A stretch of DNA of 45,129 nt from Oscillospiraceae bacterium. GTDB taxonomy: Bacteria > Bacillota > Clostridia > Oscillospirales > Ruminococcaceae. The notes below the pieces were generated by a model. That model had not been told where the DNA came from, ran no database searches, and was given only the letters and a program-made list of their open reading frames with translations. The stretch lies in the NCBI GenBank assembly GCA_031267245.1, contig JAIRZL010000016.1:1-45129 (forward strand). Reading direction: 5' to 3'. The position numbers and the translations under genes were made by a program. Positions 18,543 to 29,693 of the stretch are shown here, piece after piece (position 1 is the first letter of the stretch; each line of letters begins with the position of its first letter).

Positions 18543-19010
18543 TCATCTAAAAAACTCTTTAACAGCGCGTTCTGTAGCTCGTTTGGCTGTTTTTTCTGCA
18601 ATATCTTGACGTTTATCATAAAGCTTTTTGCCCTTACACAAACCAACCGAAATTTTCACCAAAGACCCCTTAAAGTACACCGAAAGCGGAACAATGGTAT
18701 AGCACTTCTGCTTTACAATAGACAGAATCTTAATTATCTCGCGCTTGTGCATCAGCAGCCTTTTAACTCTAAGCGGATCCTTATTAAATATGTTGCCCTG
18801 CTCATATGGCGAAACATGCAGCCCTTTAACAAAAAGTTCCCCACGCTCAACAGCACACCACGCACCTTTCAAGCTAACTCCGCCCTGACGAATACTCTTT
18901 ACTTCTGTGCCAAACAATTCAATCCCAGCCTCATAGCTATCTTCAACAAAATAATCATGCCACGCCTTTTTATTATTTGCAACCGCTTTAATCGCCTTGC
19001 CAACTTTCAT
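18543..19010 (-). CDS. smpB: SsrA-binding protein SmpB
   Basis: NKKAWHDY, EAGIELFGTEVKSIR, KGKKLYDKR; ATG at 19010 preferred over the ORF-track start 19049. Confidence 0.96.
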   Translation of the reverse strand: MKVGKAIKAVANNKKAWHDYFVEDSYEAGIELFGTEVKSIRQGGVSLKGAWCAVERGELFVKGLHVSPYEQGNIFNKDPLRVKRLLMHKREIIKILSIVKQKCYTIVPLSVYFKGSLVKISVGLCKGKKLYDKRQDIAEKTAKRATERAVKEFFR

Positions 19011-19085
19011 AAACTCACTTCCCAGAGGCACATTACTAACAAACCACACCCTTTGCTTAACCGCATTTTGCGTTATTTTTGCCCC

Positions 19086-19505
19086 TTATTTTTGCCCCTT
19101 TCTGAATTTAAGATACTCTCCTAGAATCATGGTAGCAACAACTGCATCAACACACTCCTTCCTCTTCTTCCCTCGCCTGCCATTTGCTGCTAACAGCTTG
19201 TTCGCCAGTACCGTGGTAACGCGCTCATCCCACAAAACAATTTCCAGTGATGACTTTTTTTTCAGTTTTGAGGCAAAGCCTTCAACCTGCCGAGCTCTAT
19301 CTCCGCTCTCGCCATTCATATGCTTCGGGTGACCAACCACAATCATCTCAATCGAAAGGCCAGACACCAACCTAGCAACTTCATTAATCAAGCCAGACTG
19401 ATCCGTCTGCTTGATCACACACAAGGGCGAAGCTATCATTTCGGCCGCATCACAAACCGCGATTCCTGTTCTCACATCACCGTGATCGATCGCCATTATT
19501 TTCAA
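19086..19505 (-). CDS. ruvX: Holliday junction resolvase-like / pre-16S rRNA nuclease RuvX (YqgF)
   Basis: [39 protein letters not shown]. Confidence 0.93.
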   Translation of the reverse strand: MKIMAIDHGDVRTGIAVCDAAEMIASPLCVIKQTDQSGLINEVARLVSGLSIEMIVVGHPKHMNGESGDRARQVEGFASKLKKKSSLEIVLWDERVTTVLANKLLAANGRRGKKRKECVDAVVATMILGEYLKFRKGQK

Positions 19506-21079
19506 GCATTATTCCCTTCCATTGAGCACATTTCTTCATTGTTCACCCCCACCGGCTTCATCGTTGGGAAAAATAAAACATCTCGGATCGATTCGCTATT
19601 GGTAAGCAACATTACCAACCGGTCAATCCCAATACCCAACCCACCCGTCGGCGGCATCCCATATTCCAAGGCCGTAACAAAATCTTCATCTGGGAGATTA
19701 GCTTCCGCATCACCTTGTTGCCGTAGCCGCAATTGCGCCAGGAACCGCTCTCGTTGATCTATTGGGTCGTTAAGTTCAGAAAAGGCATTCGCATGCTCCC
19801 TGCCCACCACAAAAAGCTCAAAACGCTCGGTAAGGTTGGGGTTACCAGCACACCTTTTCGCAAGCGGCGAAATCTCCACAGGATGGTGGATAATAAAGGT
19901 TGGTGAAATTAACTTTTTTTCAACATATTCTTCAAAAAATAGGTTTAATATATTACCCACTTGATCGTTTTCCTTGCAATCTATGTTGTGTTTTTTCGCG
20001 ATTTCTCTTGCCATTTCCAAACTTTTTATCTCTTCAAAATCAACCCCTGCATACTTTTTAACAGCATCGCTCATAGAAAGCCTAGCAAACGGCTCCGCAA
20101 GATCCAATTGCCACTCGCCATAAGATATCTTCGTGGTTCCGCAAACCTTAATGGCAACAGCTCGAATTAGTTCTTCTGTAAGCTTCATCATACCTTCGTA
20201 GTTTGTGTAGGCTTCATACAACTCCAACATCGTAAATTCGGGGTTATGACGCACCGAAATTCCCTCATTGCGGAATACGCGACCCAACTCATAAACCTTA
20301 TCAAAACCACCAACAATAAGACGCTTTAGGTGCAGCTCCAACGCTATTCTTAAAAAAATGTCAAGATTCAAAGCATTGTGATGCGTCACAAACGGCCTGG
20401 CGTTAGCGCCGCCCGCAATGGTCTGCAGCACCGGCGTTTCAACCTCCAAAAAACCTCGCGTGTCAAGAAAACCACGAATCTCCCTGATCACTTTAGAACG
20501 AACAAGAAAAACTTCTTTAACCGCCGGATTCATAATTAGATCCACATACCTCTGCCGATACCTAAGATCAACATCTCGAATTCCATGGAACTTTTCCGGC
20601 AACGGTAGCAAAGATTTAGAGAGCAATTCACAAACAAAAACTTTAATCGAGATTTCACCACGTTTTGTGCGAAAAACCTCTCCCTTTACCCCGGCTATAT
20701 CGCCAATATCCCAATTCTGCAAATTTTCAAAGCCTTCTTGGCCAATGTTGTCTAACTTAAAATAAAGCTGTATTCTAAAGCCGCCATCAGAAAGATCAAG
20801 AAAAGACGCTTTGCCCATATCTCGCCAAGACATAATCCGCCCAGCAAGGCAAACCTCCTGACCCTCTAAAGTCTCAAAATTTTCAAGAATCTGCGCAGCG
20901 CAATGGGTTCGTTCGAACTTCGTAATCACAAACGGATCTTTCCCAGATTTTTTCAGTTCTGCTAATTTGTTCCTGCGAATCTTAAGAAGCTCAGAACCTC
21001 GCTCATCAATTCCACACCCATCAAAACCGTCAGATGTCAATTTGTCATCCACCATTAGAAAATTATTACCTCTTCTCAT
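19502..21079 (-). CDS. lysS: Lysyl-tRNA synthetase class II
   Basis: [44 protein letters not shown]. Confidence 0.98.
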   Translation of the reverse strand: MRRGNNFLMVDDKLTSDGFDGCGIDERGSELLKIRRNKLAELKKSGKDPFVITKFERTHCAAQILENFETLEGQEVCLAGRIMSWRDMGKASFLDLSDGGFRIQLYFKLDNIGQEGFENLQNWDIGDIAGVKGEVFRTKRGEISIKVFVCELLSKSLLPLPEKFHGIRDVDLRYRQRYVDLIMNPAVKEVFLVRSKVIREIRGFLDTRGFLEVETPVLQTIAGGANARPFVTHHNALNLDIFLRIALELHLKRLIVGGFDKVYELGRVFRNEGISVRHNPEFTMLELYEAYTNYEGMMKLTEELIRAVAIKVCGTTKISYGEWQLDLAEPFARLSMSDAVKKYAGVDFEEIKSLEMAREIAKKHNIDCKENDQVGNILNLFFEEYVEKKLISPTFIIHHPVEISPLAKRCAGNPNLTERFELFVVGREHANAFSELNDPIDQRERFLAQLRLRQQGDAEANLPDEDFVTALEYGMPPTGGLGIGIDRLVMLLTNSESIRDVLFFPTMKPVGVNNEEMCSMEGNNA

Positions 21080-21509
21080 CTTTTTTTACCTTAGACTAAG
21101 CGCAGTGAGGCACGAATGGCACTTCAATAGCCGAACCAACGGGAACCCTGCCATCCCAGCAGCCCGTTACTTAACGGCCTGCAACACCGGCGCTCCGATT
21201 GGTGCGCAGAGAAAAGTTTTCCTTCCCAGAAGCATTTCCCTCGTGGCCAATTCCCCGCACACTGGGAACCTTTAGTAATGGAAAATATTATAAAAAGATA
21301 GGTATCACCGGAATCGGCAGCCAATTTTTTGCATCTCAAGAAAAGCATTCACACCGGCAAGCCTTTCTTAGCGGCAGAAAACCAAAAAAAGCGTTGCAAA
21401 AAGATGATGTCTAAAGGAAGAAGAATTTGCAACTTCTCCACCTGGCCGTTGAACGGCTTCCCTCTGCTTTGTTTTTTGAAATAGCCCCGCCGAAATCGCA
21501 CTGGAAGTA

Positions 21510-22430
21510 TCACCCAAAATCTTCGCGATTTTTGTCAATCCACTCTTTTGCTGCCATACCTATTGCAACTAATCGATCTCCAACACCAGCCACGGCTTTT
21601 GCCTCGGCGCAGCCCAGGCGATCCAAAGCAACAGCAACAGCACGCATCAATGCTCCTGCAACCCTTTCGCTTTTTGCGCGCTCTTCCAAAGTCCGCTTCC
21701 ATAACTTATTCTCTCTTTGCAGGAATTGTTGTTTCTTTTTTTCTTCTTCTTCCGAAGCAACAGCCCTGTAAGCAGAGCTCCACGCATCATACGCCCGCGT
21801 TGCTGTGTCGCGTGCTTTTTCTGCAGAACGCAACGCCTTTTTGGTTGCCGTTCCATCCGGGAGCTCCGGGGAATGAGCAGGCAGCACCCGGGGCGCCCAG
21901 TGAAGAACAGGCAACAAGCAGGCAACGCCAGATCCCCCAAACAGCTCCGCGGCAAAGTTCACCGGTGCAAGAGGGATTCCTTCCTGCGGTGTGATGCCAC
22001 CATTTGCCGTAATCGCCTGGTCGGTTGCACGCAAAAGAATCGCAACAGCTTGCAAACACAGCTTAAGGTCCCTTTCGTTGCAAGGCTGAGCAATTCCGAC
22101 AACAGCCACTTCCCAAAAACCACGAAGCTCCTCGTATAACAACAGCAATTGCTCAGATGTTTTGTTTCCCACCAGCTGCTCGGCGAAGTCTTCAACCTGC
22201 GCAAGCGTAAAAACGTCACCAGCGGCGCCGGAACAAACAGCCAACACCGATGGTAAGCCAGCGGAAAGCAAGGCATCAATCGCTGCCCTGTCACCTGTTT
22301 GCTTCCTTGGCCTGGCAGATGACAACGCCGCAGCCAAGAAGATTATACTCAACGCCACAAATTCGAATCGCAAAAACCCTCGCAGTCTTTCGCCGCCGAT
22401 AAAACTTCTTATTGCCACCACAACAATCAC
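21510..22430 (-). CDS. Hypothetical Ala-rich protein with N-terminal hydrophobic segment and a C-terminal coiled-coil-like region
   Basis: 306-aa ORF co-oriented between clpP and lysS, RBS-like GAAGGGA; no recognisable family. Confidence 0.5.
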   Translation of the reverse strand: MIVVVAIRSFIGGERLRGFLRFEFVALSIIFLAAALSSARPRKQTGDRAAIDALLSAGLPSVLAVCSGAAGDVFTLAQVEDFAEQLVGNKTSEQLLLLYEELRGFWEVAVVGIAQPCNERDLKLCLQAVAILLRATDQAITANGGITPQEGIPLAPVNFAAELFGGSGVACLLPVLHWAPRVLPAHSPELPDGTATKKALRSAEKARDTATRAYDAWSSAYRAVASEEEEKKKQQFLQRENKLWKRTLEERAKSERVAGALMRAVAVALDRLGCAEAKAVAGVGDRLVAIGMAAKEWIDKNREDFG

Positions 22431-22559
22431 ATATCCCTTCAGCTGCTTGCTCTCGCGGCACCTTTATCTACCAAACATATCCATGAACTTCTTCCGCCAA
22501 CCCAAAGCAATCACGCTCTGTGCTTTGCTGAATTATGCCACCGGCTTCATTCAAACACC

Positions 22560-23141
22560 CTATCTTTTTCGCAATACTTTATCTATTATACCATATTCGC
22601 GCGCCTCTTCCGCCGACATAAAGTAATCGCGCTCTGTGTCTTGCTCGATTATGCTTACAGGCTTCTCGGTATTTGTGGCCAGAATCTCATTGAGCTTGGA
22701 CCTCAATTTTAATATCCTCTCCGCTTGGATCTTAATGTCAGTGGCCTGCCCTTGCACCCCGCCCATCGGTTGATGAATCATTATTTCACTGTTTGGAAGA
22801 GCAAACCGCTTGCCTTTTGCTCCCGCTGCAAGCAAGAAAGCTGCCATCGACGCAGCCAAACCCAAGCAGATTGTTGACACATCTGATTTGATATATTGCA
22901 TAGTATCAAAGATTGCCATACCTGCCGAGGTTGAGCCACCAGGGCTGTTTAAATACAGGTGGATATCCTTCTCTGGGTCCTGCCCTTCAAGGTAAATAAG
23001 CTGAGAAATCACCAAACTTGCAGTTGTGTCGTTCACTTCTTCGCAAAGCATAATAATTCTATCATTTAACAACCTAGAATAAATGTCATATGAGCGTTCT
23101 CCCCTGTTTGTTTGCTCAACAACCATTGGCACCAAAGGCAT
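22560..23141 (-). CDS. clpP: ATP-dependent Clp protease proteolytic subunit
   Basis: [35 protein letters not shown]. Confidence 0.98.
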   Translation of the reverse strand: MPLVPMVVEQTNRGERSYDIYSRLLNDRIIMLCEEVNDTTASLVISQLIYLEGQDPEKDIHLYLNSPGGSTSAGMAIFDTMQYIKSDVSTICLGLAASMAAFLLAAGAKGKRFALPNSEIMIHQPMGGVQGQATDIKIQAERILKLRSKLNEILATNTEKPVSIIEQDTERDYFMSAEEAREYGIIDKVLRKR

Positions 23142-23177
23142 AACAAACCCTCCTTTAATTTACAAAAAAAACATTCA

Positions 23178-24467
23178 TCAATCAATTTTTGCATGCTGCA
23201 GCACAAAATCCATTGTTTTTTTGGATAGTAGCGCTTTCTTTACATCCCCAGCGTTCCAAAACTTTTCAGCATCCTCGCGGCCCACTCCATGCACCTGCGC
23301 CAACCTCCCAAGCTCCGCCGACAATTCATCCTCTGCCACATCGATCTGCTCAAGAGTTGCTATCTTCTCCAGCGCCAATTCCAACTTCAACTGCTGTTCG
23401 GCTTGCGCTCCAAGCCTTTCTCTTAGAGTGGCTTCATCTGTTTTTGCCATCTGTAGGTAATTTTCCAGGTCAAGACCTCGCCGCTTCCACTCCTTTTGCA
23501 AATCTCTCACCAAAGAATCAACCCGCTGCTCAACCATAACCTTTGGCAATTCAACTGTTACGATCGCCGCAAGTGCCGCAAACACAAAAGCTTCCGTTCT
23601 TCCTTTGTGCTGCCGCTCTTTTAACTCCTTAAGCCTTTTAAATATGTCTGCTCTAAGTTCTTTCAGGGTTCCAAATTCACTAATATTCTCCGCAAACTCA
23701 TCATTAATTTCTGGCAACTCACATGACTTGATGTTGTTTATTTTTACTTCAAACTCCACATCTTTGCCAGCCAACTCAGCTGTCATGTAACCATCCGGGA
23801 ACTTCAACTGAATCTTAAAACTCTCACCTTTAACATGGCCCACAACAGCCTCTTCAAAACCATCTATAAATGTTTTTTTGCCTAAAGTTAAATCAACATT
23901 TTCAGATCGCCCATTCTCAAACTCGTTCCCATCTAAAAAGCCATTAAAATCAATATTAACAATATCCCCCATCTCACAAGGCCTGCCTTCCGGCAGATCA
24001 ACAATCCGCGCAACCTTGCGAGCCCACAGATCAATAGTATCGTCAACCTCCGCATCACTAACATCCTCAGCAGGGTCAACCTTCCCTTCGATCCCTTTAT
24101 AATCCCCCAGCTCGATCTCAGGTTTCACCACAACATCAACGCAGAATTTAACCCCATCTTTTTTGCTGACAGCGATTACGTTAACTCGTTCAACTGCAAC
24201 AAAATCCTCAAGTTCCGCACTTTTAATGGCCAATTTAAACTCTTCCGGCCAAAGATTGCTCAACGCATCATCGAAAAAGAAATCCGCGCCATATATCTTT
24301 TCAACCACCGAACGCGGCGCCTTCCCCCTGCGGAATCCTTGCACATTTAACTTGCCAATCCTTTTATGATAAACAAAATCCAGATGATTGTTAAATATTT
24401 CCGGCTCCACGTCAAATTCCAATGAAAATAAATTTTTGCCATTCCCCTTTTTATTGACAAATATCAT
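23178..24467 (-). CDS. tig: Trigger factor
   Basis: GFRRGKAP ribosome-binding loop, FKBP domain (IDFNG..FIDGFEE..FPDGY..ELAGK); upstream of clpP. Confidence 0.95.
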   Translation of the reverse strand: MIFVNKKGNGKNLFSLEFDVEPEIFNNHLDFVYHKRIGKLNVQGFRRGKAPRSVVEKIYGADFFFDDALSNLWPEEFKLAIKSAELEDFVAVERVNVIAVSKKDGVKFCVDVVVKPEIELGDYKGIEGKVDPAEDVSDAEVDDTIDLWARKVARIVDLPEGRPCEMGDIVNIDFNGFLDGNEFENGRSENVDLTLGKKTFIDGFEEAVVGHVKGESFKIQLKFPDGYMTAELAGKDVEFEVKINNIKSCELPEINDEFAENISEFGTLKELRADIFKRLKELKERQHKGRTEAFVFAALAAIVTVELPKVMVEQRVDSLVRDLQKEWKRRGLDLENYLQMAKTDEATLRERLGAQAEQQLKLELALEKIATLEQIDVAEDELSAELGRLAQVHGVGREDAEKFWNAGDVKKALLSKKTMDFVLQHAKID

Positions 24468-24829
24468 ACCGGTTTCCCTTCATTAAATTAAATCTTTTAA
24501 CATCGTCATTATACTACACATTCCTCTAAATCTCCACAACAAACAAGGCAGCACACGCCACACATCATCCCCTTTGTGCTTCCCTATTGAGCTTCCGTTT
24601 CTCGACACACACTACCAACCGAGCAATGGCCATGGGAAGAAATTGAGATTTTTCCTCAGCTGGCCTACATCCTCTCCCAACGCCAATTCCACCCCTCACC
24701 TAAATTCCCCTAACGAGGGAAGTAGACATTTGTGAAAAAAGAGAAGCCAGCAGAAAACGAAAATCTGGAGTCCATTCAGTGGCCCTGGGCATGTTGTTTA
24801 ACACCTGCCCTGCTTTAATTTTTTAACAA

Positions 24830-25780
24830 TCAAAACAGTGGAAATTGATCGCGAAACCAAATATCATCCAAAACAAATTCTCGATTCTGAAGGTAACCAA
24901 GATGCCCCGCATCTGAAGCGAAGCCAAACTTCAATTTTGTTGCACAAAGTGCCTGCGACTTAAGGCCCCAAATTCTATTGTTTTTTATCCGCCCGTATTT
25001 ATTGTCACCCAACACAGGGCACCCGATGTAAGCAAGGTGCGCGCGGATTTGGTGGGTGCGACCTGTGATGAGATCAACCTCCAAAAGTGATATGCGCCCC
25101 CAGTCTCGAAGAACCCTGTAACGAGTTTTAATAAGTTTATATCCATTGCCAGGAACAGAACTTATAACCGCACGATTGTTTGCTTCATCTTTCCATAAAT
25201 ACGCTGTAAGCACCGCCTCTTTTGGGCGCGGAATATTGTGAACCACACAAAGATAAGATTTTTCAAGCTCTCTGTTTTTAATCTTTTGATTCAACACTCG
25301 CAAAGTTACAGAGTTCTTGGCAGCAAGCACAAGCCCGCTGGTGTTTCTGTCTATTCTGTGGCAAAGAGCAGGCGCAAAACAATTTGCACTTGGATTGTAT
25401 TCGCCATTATGAAAAAGATATTTTTTTATGGCGTTTATTAATGTGTTAACCTTTTCATCCTTATCCTCATGCACCAATTGCCCAGGCGGCTTGTTTGCAA
25501 TGATGATATTGGTGTCTTCATAAATAACTTCAGGTTTTATTGTGGTTTTAACAAAGACCATCTTTGCATCAACCGGCACAAAAAACTCATCGTTTATGAA
25601 AAGCTCTATGCTATCCCCAGGCTTTAAGATAACGTTGTGTTGGCAACGTAGCTGGTTTAATTTTATCCTTTTTCTGCGAATATATTTGTGCATAAGGGAG
25701 GGTGGCAAGGTTGTAGCCTTCTGAAGAAACTTATCTAACCTTTGCCCAGAATCGTTGTGGCCAATCGTCAAATTTCGCAT
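24830..25780 (-). CDS. RluA-family pseudouridine synthase with S4 domain
   Basis: GQRLDKFL, NKPPG, HRIDRNTSG, TGRTHQIRAH, GDNKYG; ATG at 25780 preferred. Confidence 0.93.
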   Translation of the reverse strand: MRNLTIGHNDSGQRLDKFLQKATTLPPSLMHKYIRRKRIKLNQLRCQHNVILKPGDSIELFINDEFFVPVDAKMVFVKTTIKPEVIYEDTNIIIANKPPGQLVHEDKDEKVNTLINAIKKYLFHNGEYNPSANCFAPALCHRIDRNTSGLVLAAKNSVTLRVLNQKIKNRELEKSYLCVVHNIPRPKEAVLTAYLWKDEANNRAVISSVPGNGYKLIKTRYRVLRDWGRISLLEVDLITGRTHQIRAHLAYIGCPVLGDNKYGRIKNNRIWGLKSQALCATKLKFGFASDAGHLGYLQNREFVLDDIWFRDQFPLF

Positions 25781-25893
25781 TATTACAAGATCACCAGCCA
25801 AAAAACAGTTTACCAATCAAAACAGCAACCACCAAGAACTCAACAGCACACAAGCAGAACTATTTGTTAGTTGCAGAAATAAGAAACGCAAGA

Positions 25894-25970
25894 TGGCCTG
25901 CCCAAGAGGATTCGAACCTCTGGCCTAACGCTTAGGAGGCGTTCGCTCTATCCTGCTGAGCTATGGGCAG
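25894..25970 (-). tRNA. tRNA-Arg (CCT)
   Basis: 77-nt cloverleaf on the minus strand, anticodon arm AACGC-CT-CCT-AA-GCGTT, encoded CCA. Confidence 0.95.
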
Positions 25971-25990
25971 AAGCTAATTTTACCAACGCT

Positions 25991-26611
25991 TTATCTGCAA
26001 TCAACTGCTTCGATACCAGCTTTTGAGCTGTTTCTGTAATAGTTATATGTCTCTATCGTTTTGGGCGATATGTGCACGTTGCTTTCAATAAGCCTTGGGA
26101 TTGTATTTTGTAATGACCGCAAAATCACGCTCTGCAAAGAGGTTTCAGCAACTTCTCTTTCGCTGGCGACCATCACATGGGTTCTGTCTGCCGAGATTTT
26201 ATCGGCAACAAAGATTATCATTTCAAGCAGATCCATGCCGCCGCGCCCAGATGTATGATACAAAACGGCATTTATTATCTCTTTATCAATGATGCCAAAA
26301 TGCTTTTGGATATAAGCCGCCCCAGCCCCTGTGTGCCAAAGGCTTTGGCTTACCATCTCGCCATCTTCAAAGGGAATTTTGTATTCCCTAATCAATTCCA
26401 ACTGCATCTGCGGGTCAAGTTCTTTGGCCACATCGTGCAGCAAACCCGCCACACTCGCCTTATAAACACCACAGCCATAAATTGCAGCAAGCTTATTGGA
26501 TTGATCGGCAACAGCCAGCGAATGCTGATATCTGCTCTCAGACATAAGCTTTTTAATATCCTTCTTATAAATCTCAATCATTTCATTCTCCGCAGCTGTT
26601 AAACGTTGCAT
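25991..26611 (-). CDS. yqeK: HD-domain bis(5'-nucleosyl)-tetraphosphatase YqeK
   Basis: RYQHSLAVA, AGLLHDVAK, LWH..AGA, YHTSG, IIFVADKI. Confidence 0.9.
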   Translation of the reverse strand: MQRLTAAENEMIEIYKKDIKKLMSESRYQHSLAVADQSNKLAAIYGCGVYKASVAGLLHDVAKELDPQMQLELIREYKIPFEDGEMVSQSLWHTGAGAAYIQKHFGIIDKEIINAVLYHTSGRGGMDLLEMIIFVADKISADRTHVMVASEREVAETSLQSVILRSLQNTIPRLIESNVHISPKTIETYNYYRNSSKAGIEAVDCR

Positions 26612-26614
26612 GCA

Positions 26615-27250
26615 TTAACCACCCGCCCCTTCCCTCAAATTGGCTTTTTTCTTAATATTCATAGCCTTAAAATAATCTACAAAAAACCTAAACAACAACA
26701 CACCAAGCCAAAAACACAGGCCACAAACCCACACATACGCAACACCTGCGCACTTTATGCGTGTTTCTTCTGCCACAAACCCCGGAGTAATCACAAACCT
26801 TAGCCCTTTTCGTTTCTTCATGTTGCTCAACACGGCTGCAAGCAAGCCGCATAACCACCCAGTAACCGCCATATCCCACACAAACAGCTCGCATTTTAGA
26901 TCGCAGGCAGCAACCTTGGTGCTAGTTTTGAGCATCCACCGGAAGATTTTGCAGTAACCACGTAGTCTTTTTTTCCAAAAAGGAAGCTGCCTTTTTATTT
27001 CAGCCAAAACACGCTTAATCTTCTTGCCGCTTTTAAACCTTGGCGAAGAAGGCTTGGATGCTAAAAGATATTTATGCGCGTGCATTTTCTTTTTGAAGAA
27101 AAGGTAACGAATCTGAACGGTGAATTCATCTTCATACTCAAAATCCAAGCGCACAGGAATAAAAATCAAGCCCAAAGAACACAAAATCGCCACACCAACC
27201 AACACCAAAACATCGCCACCTTTCCCCAAAGGTTTGGTAATCATTGGCAA
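26615..27250 (-). CDS. DUF2953/YtfI-like membrane-anchored protein
   Basis: N-terminal TM ending LIFIPVRL, basic middle region, D.A.TGWLCG and ITPGF motifs. Confidence 0.6.
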   Translation of the reverse strand: MPMITKPLGKGGDVLVLVGVAILCSLGLIFIPVRLDFEYEDEFTVQIRYLFFKKKMHAHKYLLASKPSSPRFKSGKKIKRVLAEIKRQLPFWKKRLRGYCKIFRWMLKTSTKVAACDLKCELFVWDMAVTGWLCGLLAAVLSNMKKRKGLRFVITPGFVAEETRIKCAGVAYVWVCGLCFWLGVLLFRFFVDYFKAMNIKKKANLREGAGG

Positions 27251-27299
27251 TTATCTTGCCTAGCCACCTAGCCCATTGCTTCCCTGCAAAACACCACCT

Positions 27300-29549
27300 T
27301 CACAGCCTTTTCTCGCTTCTTAAACCCAAAACCGAACATACAATTCCAGCCACGCCAATTCCAACCACAGCAATTAAGAAAGGCAGGGCAGATGCCCACA
27401 TTATAGAGGCACCAGAAGAAAAGAAAACGCCGCAAAAAACTCCAACAACAATAAGAAACCCAGGAAGATAAGCAGCCCCGCAAAGACCACACGCTTTTGC
27501 ATCCCCGTCTTCCTTAACATGGCATTTTAAAACAGAAAAACAAAGCCAGCACAAAACAGTAATTACGGTTGCCGAGCTTGCAGATGCTGCCAATTGCGCA
27601 GCGTGGCAAACCCACCCTCTGCTCATAACTCGCACCAATCCACACATCAAACACATGAACAAAAAGCACACACCAAACATCACAAAAACTGCCACCATAC
27701 CACGCTCCTTGGCCTTTCTAAGCATCATAAAACAGGATGCCAAGCATATGCTTATTAAAACCACTAACAATCGCACATCAAAGAAGTTTAATTGCTTGCC
27801 TTCCATACTTTCCCAGGATATATTCTTAATCTGGGCGGCTGGCATGCGGGAAATTAATTTTGCTGTTATTCTACCAACTTCTTCATTGTCTGTTAACTTT
27901 GGAAGGCTTAAAACAAACCCCTTTTCGTCGGTTTTGATATCCCTCATCCTTTGAATATCTGCACTAGCCAACCCTTCTTCGGCCACAACCTTCTTAGCAA
28001 TATTTTCAGTGTCATCTGGAACAACACCACTCCCACAAGCATACCGAGCAAAAGTATTCCCCGGGGAGCCTTGCTGATTGCCCCGCACAACAAACGCAAG
28101 TAAAGCGCAAGCAATCACGGTGGGTATAATGATCCCTTTTGTTGCCACTGCCACTTTTTGCGGCTCCGCCAAAGGTGACAAGCACATCTGCTTGAACGCC
28201 CGGAATCTGGCACACGAACGCAACATCAAGCTTTGAAGCCACCAAAGAAATGGATTAAAAAACGAACCAGCAATAAAAACATAACCCAATTGAGCCAATT
28301 TCCCCAGCGGAAACAGGTTCTGGTCCACAGCGCTTAACACTGGTTGCAATACACTAGCAACAAGATTTCGATGCGCCCCAAAGCAACCCATAAGAACAAT
28401 CCCGCAAACAAAAACCAAACCGTTAACCTTAAGAATCTTCGCTTTTTCTGCCTGCAAGCTCAGTTCCACCGCTTTCTTCGCGGTGTTCCCTTGGCCCATT
28501 AGCCTCTTAATCCGGCCGAACAAAGAACTGCTACACACCGCATTAACCCAAAAAACGAAAGCGATTCCAAACATTATTGGAATAGACAAAGTTGCGCCAG
28601 GAACAAACGGGAAAAACCCAGTCACTGTCCCAATCACAAAACCACAAAAACCGATCAAAACAAACAAATAAATGCCGCTTAGCAGCCGATACTGACATGC
28701 CATAAATAGCAAAACGGCTGCAAACAAAACAGAAACACCCACAAACACGGGGAGCTGCGCGCAAATTCCAAACGAAGATTCAATTGCGTTCGCACTTTCC
28801 GCCACCAAACCAAACGGGAGTGCGCCCGCATTAATCGTGGCCGCCAAGTCATTTGCCGTTTCGATACTTTCGAGCCCGGCAATAAGAACACGCCCACCGT
28901 CAACAGGCTCATTTACTTTGGGAGCAGCAATCATTCGATTATCCACCCAAACAGAAAATTGATCATATGTTTCTGCCAGTTTTTTTGTTGCTGCTTGGAG
29001 CTTTTCTTTTGCCGGTTTGGTTAATTTAAAAGACACACCATGCACCGCGTTGCGGGAAAAAGAACTTGCTTTTTCAATCTCATTACCAGCCAAGATAACA
29101 TTCAAAAGCGTTTCATCTTTTGGGTTCCCATCGGCATCTGTTTCTGCCTTTTCGCGGAAGGTGATAGTGGCTCTTTTGCACAGTTTCTTCATAATCCTGC
29201 CAGCATTATCCTGCCAACCAACGTAACCAAAAGGGATCCGGACAATAAATCTTTCTTGATCGTAACTGGCAAAAACGTCACCATCTATACCCCACTCAAA
29301 CAATCTGCGCTCCAGGACTTTTTTTGCGGTCTCCATATCAGACTGGGTCATTGCTTTGTCATGCACGGCTTTAAAAACAAATTCAATTCCACCACCGATA
29401 TCGGTTCCCAAAAAGAGATCCCGCACCCCTTTAACATAAACCGTTGTGACATCTCCATGAGTTTTTCTTATTCCAAAAAAAGAAAGCCACAAAAAAAACA
29501 AGATCATCACCGCAACCAAGAAGAAAATAGATTTTTTAACCTTTTTCAT
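27300..29549 (-). CDS. secDF: Divergent fused protein translocase SecDF
   Basis: LGTDIGGG, AKKVLERRL, IAAPKVNEP, LAATINAGALPF SecD motifs followed by a second TM/loop/TM unit; SecF half poorly conserved. Confidence 0.75.
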   Translation of the reverse strand: MKKVKKSIFFLVAVMILFFLWLSFFGIRKTHGDVTTVYVKGVRDLFLGTDIGGGIEFVFKAVHDKAMTQSDMETAKKVLERRLFEWGIDGDVFASYDQERFIVRIPFGYVGWQDNAGRIMKKLCKRATITFREKAETDADGNPKDETLLNVILAGNEIEKASSFSRNAVHGVSFKLTKPAKEKLQAATKKLAETYDQFSVWVDNRMIAAPKVNEPVDGGRVLIAGLESIETANDLAATINAGALPFGLVAESANAIESSFGICAQLPVFVGVSVLFAAVLLFMACQYRLLSGIYLFVLIGFCGFVIGTVTGFFPFVPGATLSIPIMFGIAFVFWVNAVCSSSLFGRIKRLMGQGNTAKKAVELSLQAEKAKILKVNGLVFVCGIVLMGCFGAHRNLVASVLQPVLSAVDQNLFPLGKLAQLGYVFIAGSFFNPFLWWLQSLMLRSCARFRAFKQMCLSPLAEPQKVAVATKGIIIPTVIACALLAFVVRGNQQGSPGNTFARYACGSGVVPDDTENIAKKVVAEEGLASADIQRMRDIKTDEKGFVLSLPKLTDNEEVGRITAKLISRMPAAQIKNISWESMEGKQLNFFDVRLLVVLISICLASCFMMLRKAKERGMVAVFVMFGVCFLFMCLMCGLVRVMSRGWVCHAAQLAASASSATVITVLCWLCFSVLKCHVKEDGDAKACGLCGAAYLPGFLIVVGVFCGVFFSSGASIMWASALPFLIAVVGIGVAGIVCSVLGLRSEKRL

Positions 29550-29693
29550 TACTTACCCTCCACGACTTACTCTTTGCAATTGTATCAAAACTTGCTCGGG
29601 AAAATGACAAGAAAGAACAAAAAATCTTCCTCCCAAACACCACCGCCCCCGCCTACCAGCACCGATTTTGCGTTTTTTCCCATCTATGCTCCT

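Noticed and set aside
21080-21500. T-box or lysine riboswitch upstream of lysS
   Set aside because: I could not find the T-box GGTGGNACCGCG motif or L-box consensus by eye; an Rfam scan would settle it
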